This document shows positions 1 to 11,188 of a stretch of DNA of 32,000 nucleotides, in pieces; the stretch's first letter is position 1, and each line of letters starts with the position of its first letter. The stretch is from Wallemia ichthyophaga EXF-994 (Eukaryota > Fungi > Basidiomycota), in assembly GCF_000400465.1 (NCBI RefSeq), contig NW_008806276.1, positions 90,001 to 122,000 on the forward strand, in the 5' to 3' direction. Below the pieces are notes generated by a model. It did not search any database. It was given only the letters and a program-made list of their open reading frames with translations, and was not told where the DNA came from. The position numbers and the translations under genes were made by a program.

Positions 1-1714
1 GATTTCTGCATCTTCAAGCCCAGCAGTTGATTCTACGCAGGCAAGTGGAATGTTTGATTGCTATCTGGGGGCTACCCAACGAGTTTGAGGTACGCTGGGT
101 TGTAAATACCACGCAAACCACGCAAACCACTCACATTCTCTAGATCGTCATACGCGACCTCTGGGCTCTCAGAGTATCCCTCCTCAAAGACCTCGTAGCC
201 GCTCCTATTGAAATGGCACGCAGGCGGAGCACGCACGAACAAACCGACGACGAGGACGATAAGGAGGACGATAAGGAGGATAGTAAAGAGGACACGAAAC
301 ACGACGATAAAGAAGAACCCAGCGATAACTCCGATGACGCACTCGAAGACCCCGATGAAATGCTCGGCAATCTCGAAACCCCACCTTCAGACGAAGACAT
401 GAACCAGCCTCAGACTATGGAGGAGGCACTCGAAGCAGCTAACCGGGTAAAAACGACACGCCGTGTACAAAGTGCAGTGGATGAATTCAGCATGATATGG
501 CTATTAGCCGTGCTGAATTTGGGATTCTGGACACTCCGCTTGCCCGTCTTCCACCTCGACTTTAAGGCAGCCTTGCAAGACCGGCGTGTGCCATACATGG
601 ATGCTCTTGCATACCTCCCTGAACCCATCAAAGCGCGTCTCAACCCGAGCTCACGCACGTCTTTCCAAGCAGAGGTGAGCGTTGCCTGGATTTTTAGGTA
701 GCTCGAAAAAAACACTCACACGCTCTAGACCCTTCCATCTCTGCGCAAAGTACACCGCGCATCTATCTACCTCGCCAGACAGATGCGGGAGCGATACGCG
801 GTGACGTTCAGTGACTACAACGTGACACCAGTTTTATGGCGCTGCGTACATGATCTTGGTTTGCCACCGACTATGCACACGCTTTGCATGGAGATGGTGC
901 AGCGCATCGGCATCAGCTTCTCTCTCCTCCCCCACCACCGCATGGGCAAGCGCAGCAAACACAGGAAGGGCGAAGCTTGCGCTCCTGAAATTATTGCTAT
1001 GGCTGTTGTTGTCTCCGTGTGCACCCTCGTGTATAACTTAGACAACGAGGTGACTGACCAGCCCCGAATAAGGAGCCTTCTCGACAAGAACAAGTGGATT
1101 ATGTCGCTAGATAAACACTTCAAACTTTCGGATAGTATCTTGAATGACCAGGTGTAAGTGGGAGTGGGAGTTTAGACAGTCAGTTCATTCATTCTCACAA
1201 ACACCCCACAGGCAAATCATAGACGCTACAGACGAACAGGTAGACGATTTTCTCGATTACATGGAACGGACTGTCCCAGTGGCAGACGAGGACACAATTA
1301 GAAGTGAGTAATGCAGCACACACAGTGCGATTCAAAACCTAACAAACCGCAGCCTGGCCACCGCTAGCCGACGAACTTAGACGCACGGGCGACCCTCACC
1401 GCATACCTGCCGTTAAACAAGACAGTAATTGGTTTCACAGCCTCTACGAAGATCGCATCCCTCTCGACGCATACCCAGCCCAGCCTGAGGCCAACCTGGT
1501 CCGCTCCTACCATACCTCTGATAGAATGGGCGACTATCCCATCCTTTACGACAGACTACTCAAGGCATCCGCTAAGGCCATAGGGGTATCCCATCCAGAG
1601 GAAATTGCTCACACTGTCGAAATGTTTCACAAAAGACTAGGGCTAGCCAGCAAGCAAACCAGTTCGAGGAGAACTAGCGTTGCGTCAGAAGGAGGGATTA
1701 ACATGTACTTTTAA
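1..1714 (+). CDS. RRN7: RNA polymerase I core factor subunit Rrn7/TAF1B, 5' partial; exons <1-89, 144-674, 729-1153, 1212-1303, 1353-1714
   Basis: Splicing at GT-AG introns gives one continuous frame: FLHLQAQQLILRRQ..LPNEFE|IVIRDLWAL, an acidic spacer, LLAVLNLGFWTLRLPV, NVTPVLWRCVHDLG, VDDFLDYMER, and C-terminal YHTSDRMGDYPILYDRLL. These motifs match the fungal Rrn7 pattern as I recall it. Confidence 0.85.
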
Positions 1715-2098
1715 ACCTACTATTAGGGTGTGTAGTAAGAGTGTAAGATACAAGAAATTGATATTAGACTGTTCAAAAAGAAACAAGACATTGACTGCCG
1801 CAATTGACATATCTCAAAATCTAGTGAGCGTGCTCGACGGTATAAAATGCGCGTTTTCTTTTAGCAGATTCAAGCAATTGGTACTTTTACATGGCCCAAG
1901 CTATCACTATCGCACGTGTACATGTCAGCATGAAACTTTTAGCTGTACAAGACAATAGAACGTCTAGATATTACCACCTATAGTTATTCATTTTAAGCCT
2001 CAAAGGCAACCTGCTAATGACAAAGTGAGTGAGAAGCGATGTATGTCATATACTGATAATTTGAACAATCTAACAAGACCATCAGATTCAAAGCACCT

Positions 2099-2640
2099 TC
2101 AGCATTCCAAACTTATCTGCAACTTAACCTTCCGATCCATGTACGCCGAGTTGAGTTTCTCCCCTACCACCCACCTCATCTCAAGTGTCTGATTTTCGAC
2201 TTGTGATAATCTCCAAATAAAAAAGCTTGATAAATAGCCCTGAATGAGCTTGACAAATTTCGCCAGATTTATATCCCTGAGGCTCAAACTCATCTCTGTA
2301 GGCTATTCGGAAGCTAACCTAAGTAGACGCCGCTCTGTCTTTTCAAAGCCTTTGTCGATTTTGTCTTCCAGGGCCTGCGCTCGTTTGAGTGATGATTACT
2401 TCAATGTATTTTCATAATCCTCGTTGTTAAAATTATCAATTTCTAGCGCGAGCTTGCTAAGGAGGTTTTCCGTATCTGCCGAACGCCTAAGCTAATTATT
2501 GCTCTACTTGATACCTTTAATTTGTTTGGTTTATTGCACATATTCCAGTATTTCTGCTAGTCAAATGTATCCTTGATAGTCAAGGAAATGGTTGGGTGTC
2601 TCAAATAAGACTGTGTAAATGCATTCAGTGGTTCAACGAC
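2099..2640 (-). pseudogene. Probable decayed gene remnant with a coiled-coil-like reading frame interrupted by stops
   Basis: One minus-strand frame reads ..LAEILEYVQ*TKQIKGIK*SNN*LRRSADTENLLSKLALEIDNFNNEDYENTLK*SSLKRAQALEDKIDKGFEKTERRLLRLASE*PTEMSLSLRD.. and runs into ORF 2099-2293. No family recognised. Confidence 0.3.
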
Positions 2641-3586
2641 CTAATCACACTCAATGATTGAGAGAAAGCGTGAAGCTCTATGCATAAGTGATTATTAGTC
2701 AAGTCTAAATGTATACTCGATAAGCTAAACATTCCATTGAGACACTCTGGCTAATCACCGTGGTATGGATTTATGTTGTAAAACTCATAGAATGTGAAAG
2801 TTTTGAGTCATTTGCGCGACTAAAATGTATCTTATGTGAAAACTTTCCCAATCCACTCACCACGTCCGGCCAGTGCTGGTGTATTCTTTTCCCAAGCTTT
2901 ACAATGTATATGAAATAAAACTTGTTTAGTTGGGGCTCAAAGATACACTCCAACTTTTTACTCCTTTTTTCGCCGATAAAAACACGCGGCGTCTACAAGG
3001 GTGTAAGCGTGATATATGCTGTATACAACCGACATTAATTAGGCGTAGAGGATTAATTTACGTGCAAGCTATTTTTGTGCTATGTGTTATTTGCTATGTG
3101 TGCCGGTTGTGTTGTGTGTTAGTACGTCTTTCGCGACATGCAGCGCGCCTCCATTGTCCAGCACAGGCGGATGTAGATTGTGATCAGGCACCTTATGCAA
3201 TACAAAATAGACCTTGATCATGGCAGGGATGCTTTTGAAGGTGCTTCGAGGAGAAGGACACGTATACTCACGCTATACAACAATATTGGCCATTTTCGAT
3301 CTGGAAATGATTTACTTTGCTTTTGCGAGATAGTGAAAATAAGGGGATAATCCGGCTATCATATAGTGCTTGAAGGTATGTATTAATCTTGATATTAAAC
3401 CCGTATCTATCAATACTGTTTGTGCACCAAGCTAAGCTTATACCAGCAGCTGAGGGGCAATGACGCCCAGCAACATACCAAAAGAAACTAAAAGCTTCAA
3501 TAATAATGCATAGAAGTACAAATAAAGTCATGGCTAAGTGTTCTAGATTAGGCGAGGTAGAACGAGTACAGAGCCAACATCCCCGC

Positions 3587-4036
3587 TTAGATGATAGACA
3601 ATGGAGTGCAGCCTGTGACAAGTTAGAAGGGAAAAGAGTGAAAATTCTCCACTCACCAACACCAACGAGGCCGTCTGATTCCATGTCCTCGCAACAAACT
3701 GGAGTGTTCTTGCACTCGTCTGCAGTGTGTTAGATTTGAGAAGGTGATGAAACCTTTACGAACCCTCTATTGCTACGCCGATCAAAAGAGGGACTTGATC
3801 ACATTGAACACCAACTTGAGATGCAATGTCGCCAGTTGAGATGAGGGCGTCGTTCTTGCCGGTGCTGGATTGAGCCTTCTTGTTAAGGTCACCTTAGCAG
3901 TGTGAGACGGTGTCAATCTACACGTCTCATACTTACAACAACTGATAGTGCCAGTGTTACATGAGCCGGTCTTGGATTCCCAGCCAGCAGAGGCGGCAGC
4001 GATGAGACCAACGGTGAAGACTGTTTGAGCGATCAT
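3587..4036 (-). CDS. Class I hydrophobin, 105 aa; exons 4036-3937, 3892-3764, 3719-3657, 3612-3587
   Basis: Signal peptide MIAQTVFTVGLIAAASA. After removing three 44-nt GT-AG introns, the 8 cysteines are spaced C-X6-CC-X29-C-X14-C-X5-CC-X12-C. Confidence 0.95.
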
Positions 4037-4090
4037 TGTGTGAGATGGGAATTTGGAGATGGGGTTGTAGAGAGATTGTGTAGTGCAGCT

Positions 4091-4097
4091 CTTTATA
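4091..4097 (-). promoter_or_regulatory. Candidate TATA box (TATAAAG) of the hydrophobin gene
   Basis: CTTTATA on the + strand, about 55-60 bp upstream of the hydrophobin ATG at 4036. Confidence 0.5.
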
Positions 4098-4559
4098 GCA
4101 GAAGCATTCCTGCACTAAAGTTGTACATACACTAGCGCACTAACGGAAATGTACGCACTAATTTACGTTCGGAATGGAGTTGTGATCTTATGCGAGATGA
4201 GCTTGGAATGTCAGAGATATTGTGTAGTGAAAGTATTGTTTATTTTGTTAAATTTGCACTGGCAACGAAAGCAAGACATCGCTTGTCTTTTTCCCTGCGG
4301 TACTCCCACCTTTCTTGGAACTCGGCTCAATATGCAGTCTAGTGGAAAAAGTACAACGTAAATCTATATGCATGACTAGTGGTATATTTGCGTGCGACGA
4401 GTGAAGGTGTGCGCTTGCGTCCGGCAAGGCACGAGGCGAGGTGAGGCAAATGACATACGACAAACGAGTTGGCGAGAAACCGAGCAGCCAAGCGCTGAAA
4501 AGCATTAAAAACCCTCCTAGACTTTATCTTCCAAGGCACTCTTCTCCTAATACATCCCG

Positions 4560-6747
4560 CTAATCGCCCTTCTGACGCAATTTCTGGCGCAAGTCAGCAA
4601 CTTCAGTCTGAAGGCTGTTTATGAATGGATTGGGTTAGTGAGGAGGCTACCGCACAAGGTAGGGCCCACCTATTAAGCTCATCGAGCATTCCGAGCGACT
4701 TATCCATCTGCATCTGCTTGAAAGCCTGTATATCATCCTCTCTATGTGCGAGCGACAAACGGAGGCTATCAATTTCCCCTGATTTCCTCTGTGCGTCGAG
4801 CTCCTTCTCCATTTGCGTGAGTTCTTCGCGCAGAACTTGGCACTCTTTCCTACTGCAGGGTTGCGTCAACGTGAATGTAACAAAAACACATATGCTCACA
4901 TCTCCCCGTCCTTCTTCGCAGCGTGTGACAAACTGGTCTGTAAATCGACCACCTGCTTCTTGTACGCTTCGAGAGCCATCTTGAAGTCAAGTGCGAGTTT
5001 GTGTGCTTTCTCCGCATTGCTCTGGTGTGAGTGTGGTGTTAGAATGTCAAATGATCTCACATACACTGAAAACTCAACCCACCTTGTACAGATTCGCTGT
5101 CTCAGCATTCAGGAGGATTCGTTCGATGAAGTGGCGGTTATCACTGACGAGAGTCTTTACGCGGGCTGTGAACGCGCTCAGCGAGAAACGGTCAGAGTGG
5201 CGCTCCTTTGAGCGTTGAAGAACCTGCTTGAGAGTTTCTATATCAGGTTGCGAAAGTGTGGGAGAAGTGGAAACGATGAGAGGGTGCGATGGGGAGCGCT
5301 GTGTGATTGGCGACGGTATGGCATTCCACAGCCCCCGTACAACTAGACCTAACGTCTCCGTCGATAGCCTGTCTTCGGTCATTGCAGCGGGTATTGATGT
5401 TGATGTTGATGTCGATGTTGACGTTGACGCTGACGCACCTCTACTATGTCTTTCCTTGCCTTTGTCTTCCACTTTCGTTTTCTCGTTCTCCCGCCCCCTC
5501 AGCTCCTGTTCGTAGGAAGCATTGCTGTCCTTGTAGAAGGTCTGGCTCGCTTGCTGTCTCATTTCTAGCTGACGCTCGAGCATGGAAATGTGCTGCTTAA
5601 ACTCGCTCTCCATGCCTCGCGTTGCATTCCAGTGGTGATCCATATCGCTGCTCTGGCTCTTGAGGGTGTCTTCAAGCTGCTTAGTGTGTTTCTCACCGTT
5701 TGCACACTGTTCGCGCAAGCTAGCCAATTCACCGTGGCAATGAGCTTCGGCCTTTCTAACGCGCGCCAACTCCGCGTCAATAGCCGCTGTAACCGACGAG
5801 AGTGAGTGGAGTGGGTTATGGGGGTCGTGAACGTAAGTTATGCGATGCGCGTCGAGCACACCCCCTAGCGCACCTACGCCCCCTGTTAGCGTATCTCGTG
5901 TTGACACAACTGCGCTAAATTCATCCAAACTGCTTTGTAGACGGCTTTGGAGAGTGTGCGTGTGGTCCGTTTTCTCGATCACTGTGGCGTGCGATCGCTC
6001 AAGTTGCTGCCGTAGTGCCGCATTGGCATGTCTTTCCTCAGCCAGTTGAGCTTGGAGGTGGGATATTTGCGTGTGTGGATGCATGTCACTCTCACTCTCC
6101 ACATCCTCACCTTGATTCTCACCCACACTCTCAAACCGACTTGCGCGGTCATTGTTGGCGTGAAAATGGCTGCTGTGGGGGATAGGCGAGGTGTTTTGTT
6201 TCTGTAGAAGCTGCTTAGACTGGATGAAGCGTGCTAGAACGCCGGCCTGGTGGTGGAGGAGCTGACTCTGGAGGTGAAGGAGTCTAGAGCGATGTCTACT
6301 GAGTACCTTCTCCAAGTTGTCTACTTTTTGGGAGGATTGGGTGAGCTGAGCCGTGTGCTGTGCAGTGTTTAGACCCCCGCTGCCTAGGCTCGAGCTTAAC
6401 GCCTGTAACGCACTCATTACGCTACTCTCCGTCTGCAGCCGCTGTGAGTATAGTTGCGCCTTGTGCGCGACGTGTGCATGCTCCATTTTGACCCACTCCA
6501 ATTCGTCGTCGTCGAGTGCGTCGTAGTTGGAAGCATCAATCACACTCTGTGTCGCTTGCAGGATTTTATGGTAGCCAGCCAGTATATCCCGCTTCGCTGT
6601 GCTCCTGGGGCTGGAGTTGGTTTGAAGGAACGAGGGTGGTGAGCTGGGCGGTGTGGAGATAGCGGAGAATTCCCCATAGCCGATAGCGGCATCGTTGTCG
6701 TAATTGCTGCAATTGTTGCCGTTACCGGCAGAACTCGATGAGCTCAT
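4560..6747 (-). CDS. Up-regulated during septation protein 1 (Uds1) domain coiled-coil protein; 4 exons
   Basis: NYDALDDDELEWVKMEHAHVAHKAQLYSQRLQTES resembles the Uds1 domain. Long coiled coils follow, then FSLSAFTARVKTLVSDNRHFIERIL. Three GT-AG introns (the first at 5082-5022) join ORFs 5074-6747, 4896-5108 and 4603-4899, and the frame ends ..RQKLRQKGD* at 4560. Confidence 0.75.
5395..5433. repeat. Coding hexamer microsatellite (GTTGAY)n encoding an STSTSTST run
   Basis: gttgatgttgatgtcgatgttgacgttgacgctgac, seen directly. Confidence 0.7.
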
Positions 6748-6924
6748 CTCCGCACTGCGAGGTGTTGGTGGTTAAGGTTCAAGGGGCTGAAGCAGAGGTG
6801 ATGTCAGTAACGCGAACGCGGCCACTAGCAAGCACAACAAGCCTATAGACAGTCTCACAAAGCTTGTCCAGCCGCGCTACTGTAGAATATATCGAAATGA
6901 AAATTTTGTAAGAAATGTCAAAAA

Positions 6925-8271
6925 CTACAACGGCAACTCCACCATAGCCCGTCTGACGCTCTTGACGGGTGGGAATGGGTGTGGTTTGTTTGCTAAGAAA
7001 TCGCTCAGCACAACTTTCTGCTGCTGGTGTGCGATGTAGCCCTTCATGTATCCCTTGAAGATCATCCCTGCGAGCAAACACTCGACTTCTGCAGTCTCAA
7101 TGTACACGCCCGAGACACTGAGCGCGATTCTGAACAAGGCTATATCGATAATTTTAGCTTTCTTGTTGAGAAGCCACACCTTCTTGAATAGACCGCGCAG
7201 GCACACCTCGCGCACCCTCTCGACTACGCCATAGGTACCACTTTCCACTAATCTCCGCTCGCCGTGCACCAGAGCCTCATCGAACTGCTTCACGTTGCCC
7301 GTCTGCAGCGCGTTGACGAAGGGATGGTAGAGTGTGTGCAGGGCGGGGAAGGTACCGAGAAGGTGGGGGGACGGGAGGTCACCCTGCATGAGGCGTAAGG
7401 GGATGAGGTGAGTAAGGATGAGTCTGTGTGTGATGTGTGAGTGTGTATATCGCTGAAAAAACCCACACACACTCTTGATTCCTGTGGTATTTCACAGGCG
7501 TTCTCTCCAACGCATATGTCAAATCCTCGTTACCCTATAGCCACGTAAGACGGGTAAAACCACCTGAGAACTACCCACCTTATCGAATTTGTCGTCGAGG
7601 AAAGCCAAGACACCTGTGTAGTATTTGAAAGTGACTTGGTGGGCTTTAGGGTAAGTGTGGAGCGGCATGAGGTCCTTCATTGCAGCCACAGCTCTGAGGA
7701 TGTTCTTGCAGAGTGACAGAGCGTTTATTTCAAAGTAAGTTTTGAATACGAGGCCAATGACGTAGTATACACCCCACCGCTTGGATTCACGCCCAGCGGA
7801 TTTATGCTGTATGCACGCAGTGAAAGCCTTGTTGAGGAAGCGAGCACATTCGTCTAGGGCATATGGCTTCCGGTGGGTCTGTGTGCATTCCTCGTCTGCC
7901 CTCCTCGCGAGCGTGCGCAGATCCCTGCTGATGGTGTAGAGACACTTGAGGTCGAAGCTGCTACCGTGGGGCTGGAAGAAGCGGATAAACTCCTGCGCGA
8001 GTGTGTGCTGGTGCTGGAACGCGAGTGTGTGGTGTTGGTTGTAGCGTGCATGCACAGCGAAAGCGTGGTACACGCACATGGCGTCGAATGGGCTGCGCTG
8101 GGTGCGTGTGAGCGTCTCGCGCATCCTCCCGTCCAGTCGATCAACCGCGTTGGCCAGATACGCCCGATTCGGGAGATCGACGGCGGAGAAGAGATGGGCG
8201 AGTGAGTCTGCGTCGCTGCGCCGTCTGCTTTCCTTGACAGCTTCCTGGAAATTAATAATTTCTGTGCTCAT
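6925..8271 (-). CDS. CSN12: PCI-domain protein of the Csn12/PCID2/Thp1 family; 3 exons
   Basis: MSTEIINF start at 8271. Motifs SKRWGVYYVIGLVFKTYF, YPKAHQVTFKYYTG, LILTHLIPLRLMQG and EVECLLAGMIFKGYMKGYIAHQQQKVVLS are characteristic of PCID2/Csn12. Two GT-AG introns join the frames. Confidence 0.9.
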
Positions 8272-8325
8272 GGTCGTTCGAGAGGGAGTACACCGCAACC
8301 ACCACGAGCAGCTACAGCGAGCAGG

Positions 8326-9417
8326 ATGAACACACAGCTGCCATACGCCGTGCAGTTCCAATCGCGGGGAATATCAGTGGGTGGTTAGCGTGTAGTATCC
8401 GCAGAGCACCGCTCACCTGCGTGTTTGCAGACACCGGACTTTAAGGCGTGGGGAGGAGCCAGTGCGCGAGCGCACAAGGACCGCGTAAACAGCGTGAGCT
8501 GGAGTGTCGATGGACGACGCTTGGGCAGTGTGTCGGCCGACAAAACGCTACGAATCTGGCCCGAGAAGGCACTCGACAGTGTGCGCCCGGATGCCAAACT
8601 AGCCAGTGCGATGGTAGGGCACAGCGACAAGGTGACGCAACTCGCATGGCACCCGCTCGATTCGAACCTCCTTTCGACCGTTTCGCTCGACCGCACGCTG
8701 CGGTGCTGGGACATACGCGCGCGCGCACCCACACACACCCTCCAGCTGCCCGCACCAGCTTATAACGTCGCCTACCACCCTTCTGGGAATACAGTGGCGG
8801 CGGGCGCCGAAACGGTGGATTTCTTCGACCTCGCTAGCTCAGCTGCCCCGATGCAGACACTGGAGAGACACTCGGACAATCAACGGATCAATCACGATTT
8901 CAAGTGGTCGGCGGATGGCCAGCTCTTCGCTGTCTGTTGCGGTGATGGTACCTTTCATACACACCTCTACCCGTCTTTTGAACCTGAATACACATGCCAA
9001 GCGCACACATCGGACGCTACAACGCTCGAGTTCACCCGCGATCGTCGTCATTTGCTCACGGGCGGGGGGGATGCAGTGGTGCACGTATGGGATGTGGACG
9101 AGTGGGTTTCTAGAGGCACGATCAACAATCTAGACGGACTCGTGCGGTCGATCAGCGCGAACAGCAATTCCGAGTGCGTGGCTATAGGGACAGACGACAG
9201 GAACGTGGTTATTGCGAGTATACACACGGGCGAGGTGCTGCACTCCTTCAACACTGCCGCCAAGAGCAAGGCGGTGGCATGGCATCCGAATAAGTTCCTG
9301 CTGGCTTACGCGAGCGAGGATATCAGCAGGGAGGAACACTCCCGCGATCCTGGTCTTACCAACATATCCTCGTCTGTACGTGTGTGGGGAAAGGGCGTAG
9401 GCAGGCCGGGTGTTTGA
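8326..9417 (+). CDS. TEX1: WD40 protein, THO/TREX subunit Tex1/THOC3; exons 8326-8376, 8431-9417
   Basis: WD repeats (AHKDRVNSVSWSVDGRRLGSVSADKTLRIW; GHSDKVTQLAWHP; AHTSDATTLEF..GGGDAVVHVWD) and terminal VAWHPNKFLLAYA match THOC3. A 54-nt GT-AG intron links an in-frame ATG at 8326. Confidence 0.8.
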
Positions 9418-9565
9418 GGTTGTGAAAATTTGCGTCTGCGCAGCTATTGTAGGATGGATAAACAATGTACTTGTATAGCTGAGGTGTATGTGTGTGCTGT
9501 GTAAACCACAAAAGGCGTGATAACAAGTTTGTATTCGCGGTATAACACCTTTCACCCGCACAACC

Positions 9566-10337
9566 ATGGACAATGCGCTGCTTTCACAAATCCAAGGCGG
9601 GAAAAAGCTGAAGAAGTCGCAGACGAATGACAGATCAGGGCCATCGGTGGGCGGGGGAGTGGTCGGTGAGGGAGGCGGCGGTGGTGGCAGTGGTGGCAGT
9701 GGCAGCGGCAGCACCAACACCACCACCAAACAAGCAAACCCCGCAGACACATCAACGGCCCCGCAACTCGGTGGGATATTCGCAGGCGTTGGAATGCCCA
9801 AGCTGCGTCCAGCGGGTGGAAAGGGCGTTGCAGGAATAAGTGAGTCTGGCGCAGTGCTTGGGTATTTCTAACGCGACTACATAGACAAAGCAAGCCTAGC
9901 TAAGCCACCGTCGATACCCAAGGCACCAGCAGCCACAACACCAGCAACACCACCAGCACCACCAAACAGAGGTATGCCACCGAGACCACCAGCAGCCCCG
10001 CCGGCTAGGGCTACACCACCACCACCACCTCCAGCACCAGCTCGAGGTATTCCCGCAGCCCCGCCAGTACCTGCGCCCATGCCAACGCCCACAACACAAA
10101 CAACCTCTCGGCCCCCTCCGCCAGTCCCACCAGTTAATCCAGCTGGTGCAGCTGGTAAGAAGCCACCTCCACCAAAACCCAAACCAAAGCCTGGTGCGGG
10201 TGCGAGTGGGAGTATGGCAGCAGCAGCAGCGGCGGTGGCTGCAGTGACACCTCAATTACCAGCAACTCAATTACCAGCAACTCAAGCACCAGCAACTCAA
10301 GCACCTTCTCAACCACCACGCGTACTACCACCAGGAC

Positions 10338-10372
<35 letters not shown>

Positions 10373-11083
10373 CCAGCACCAGCACCACGTTCAATACCCC
10401 AACCACCTCAACCACCTAATAGACCATCACCACCTCCAGCCCCACAGCGAAAAGCACCGCCAAGTCTACCATCGAGAGGTGCAAATTTGGTTTCGAAACC
10501 ACCACCACCACCGGCTAGAGGGGGAGAAAGAGGTGGACTGGGAATTGGCAGTGGGATTAGTAATAACAATAACAGACAACCACCACCGCCACCACCACCC
10601 AGACCAACAACCAGCTCATCGATTCGGTGAGTAGAGAAGGCGTATTTTAAACGGGCAAACTGATATATGTTCAGGGCACCACCACCACCACCACCGGCAA
10701 GAGGCGGATTTAATTCCAATGTGAATGTCAACAATGGGAAATCTGGAACACCTGGAACACTTGGAACACCTGGGAAACCTGGAAAATTCGGAAAATCACG
10801 AATAGTAGCAGCTGAACCAAAGGAGGGTATCGGTGCTGTTTCCATACCCAATCAAACACTTGAACCACCACCACCTCTACGATCAGCCACAATACGCAAC
10901 GTGAATAAGCCAGAAGGAACACAAGAGATTAGTGATAGCAAAACACCACCAGATAGCCTCGGTGAATACTCGTTTACAAGTTATTTGGATATACCACCAC
11001 CCCGGGAGTATTTAAAGACATCATTGACGTATCCGAGTGGCAGAAACAAGGCAACCAACTTTGATTTAAGGCAGTTGGAATGA
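9566..11083 (+). CDS. VRP1: Verprolin / WASP-interacting protein (WH2 domain, proline-rich); 3 exons
   Basis: N-terminal WH2 domain ALLSQIQGGKKLKKSQTNDRS, APQLGGIFAGVGMPKLRP, polyproline tracts, and C-terminal IPPPREY..YPSGR..FDL. Two GT-AG introns restore the frame. Confidence 0.9.
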
Positions 11084-11188
11084 ACAAAAATATAAATCTA
11101 AAATACATTTTTATTTTTTATATTTCCATTGACACGTACACGTATCTCCAACGCATTCTTGAACCCACACAGTCATCGACAGCACACA

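Noticed and set aside
2099-2640. TAA/TAG possibly read as Gln (alternative genetic code)
   Set aside because: Recognised genes in the window end normally at TAA or TAG (RRN7, CSN12, PDI1, RPS18) and have no internal stops.
11129-11188. Upstream TTG extension of PDI1 in the ORF track
   Set aside because: Non-ATG start. The signal peptide begins at the ATG at 11189.
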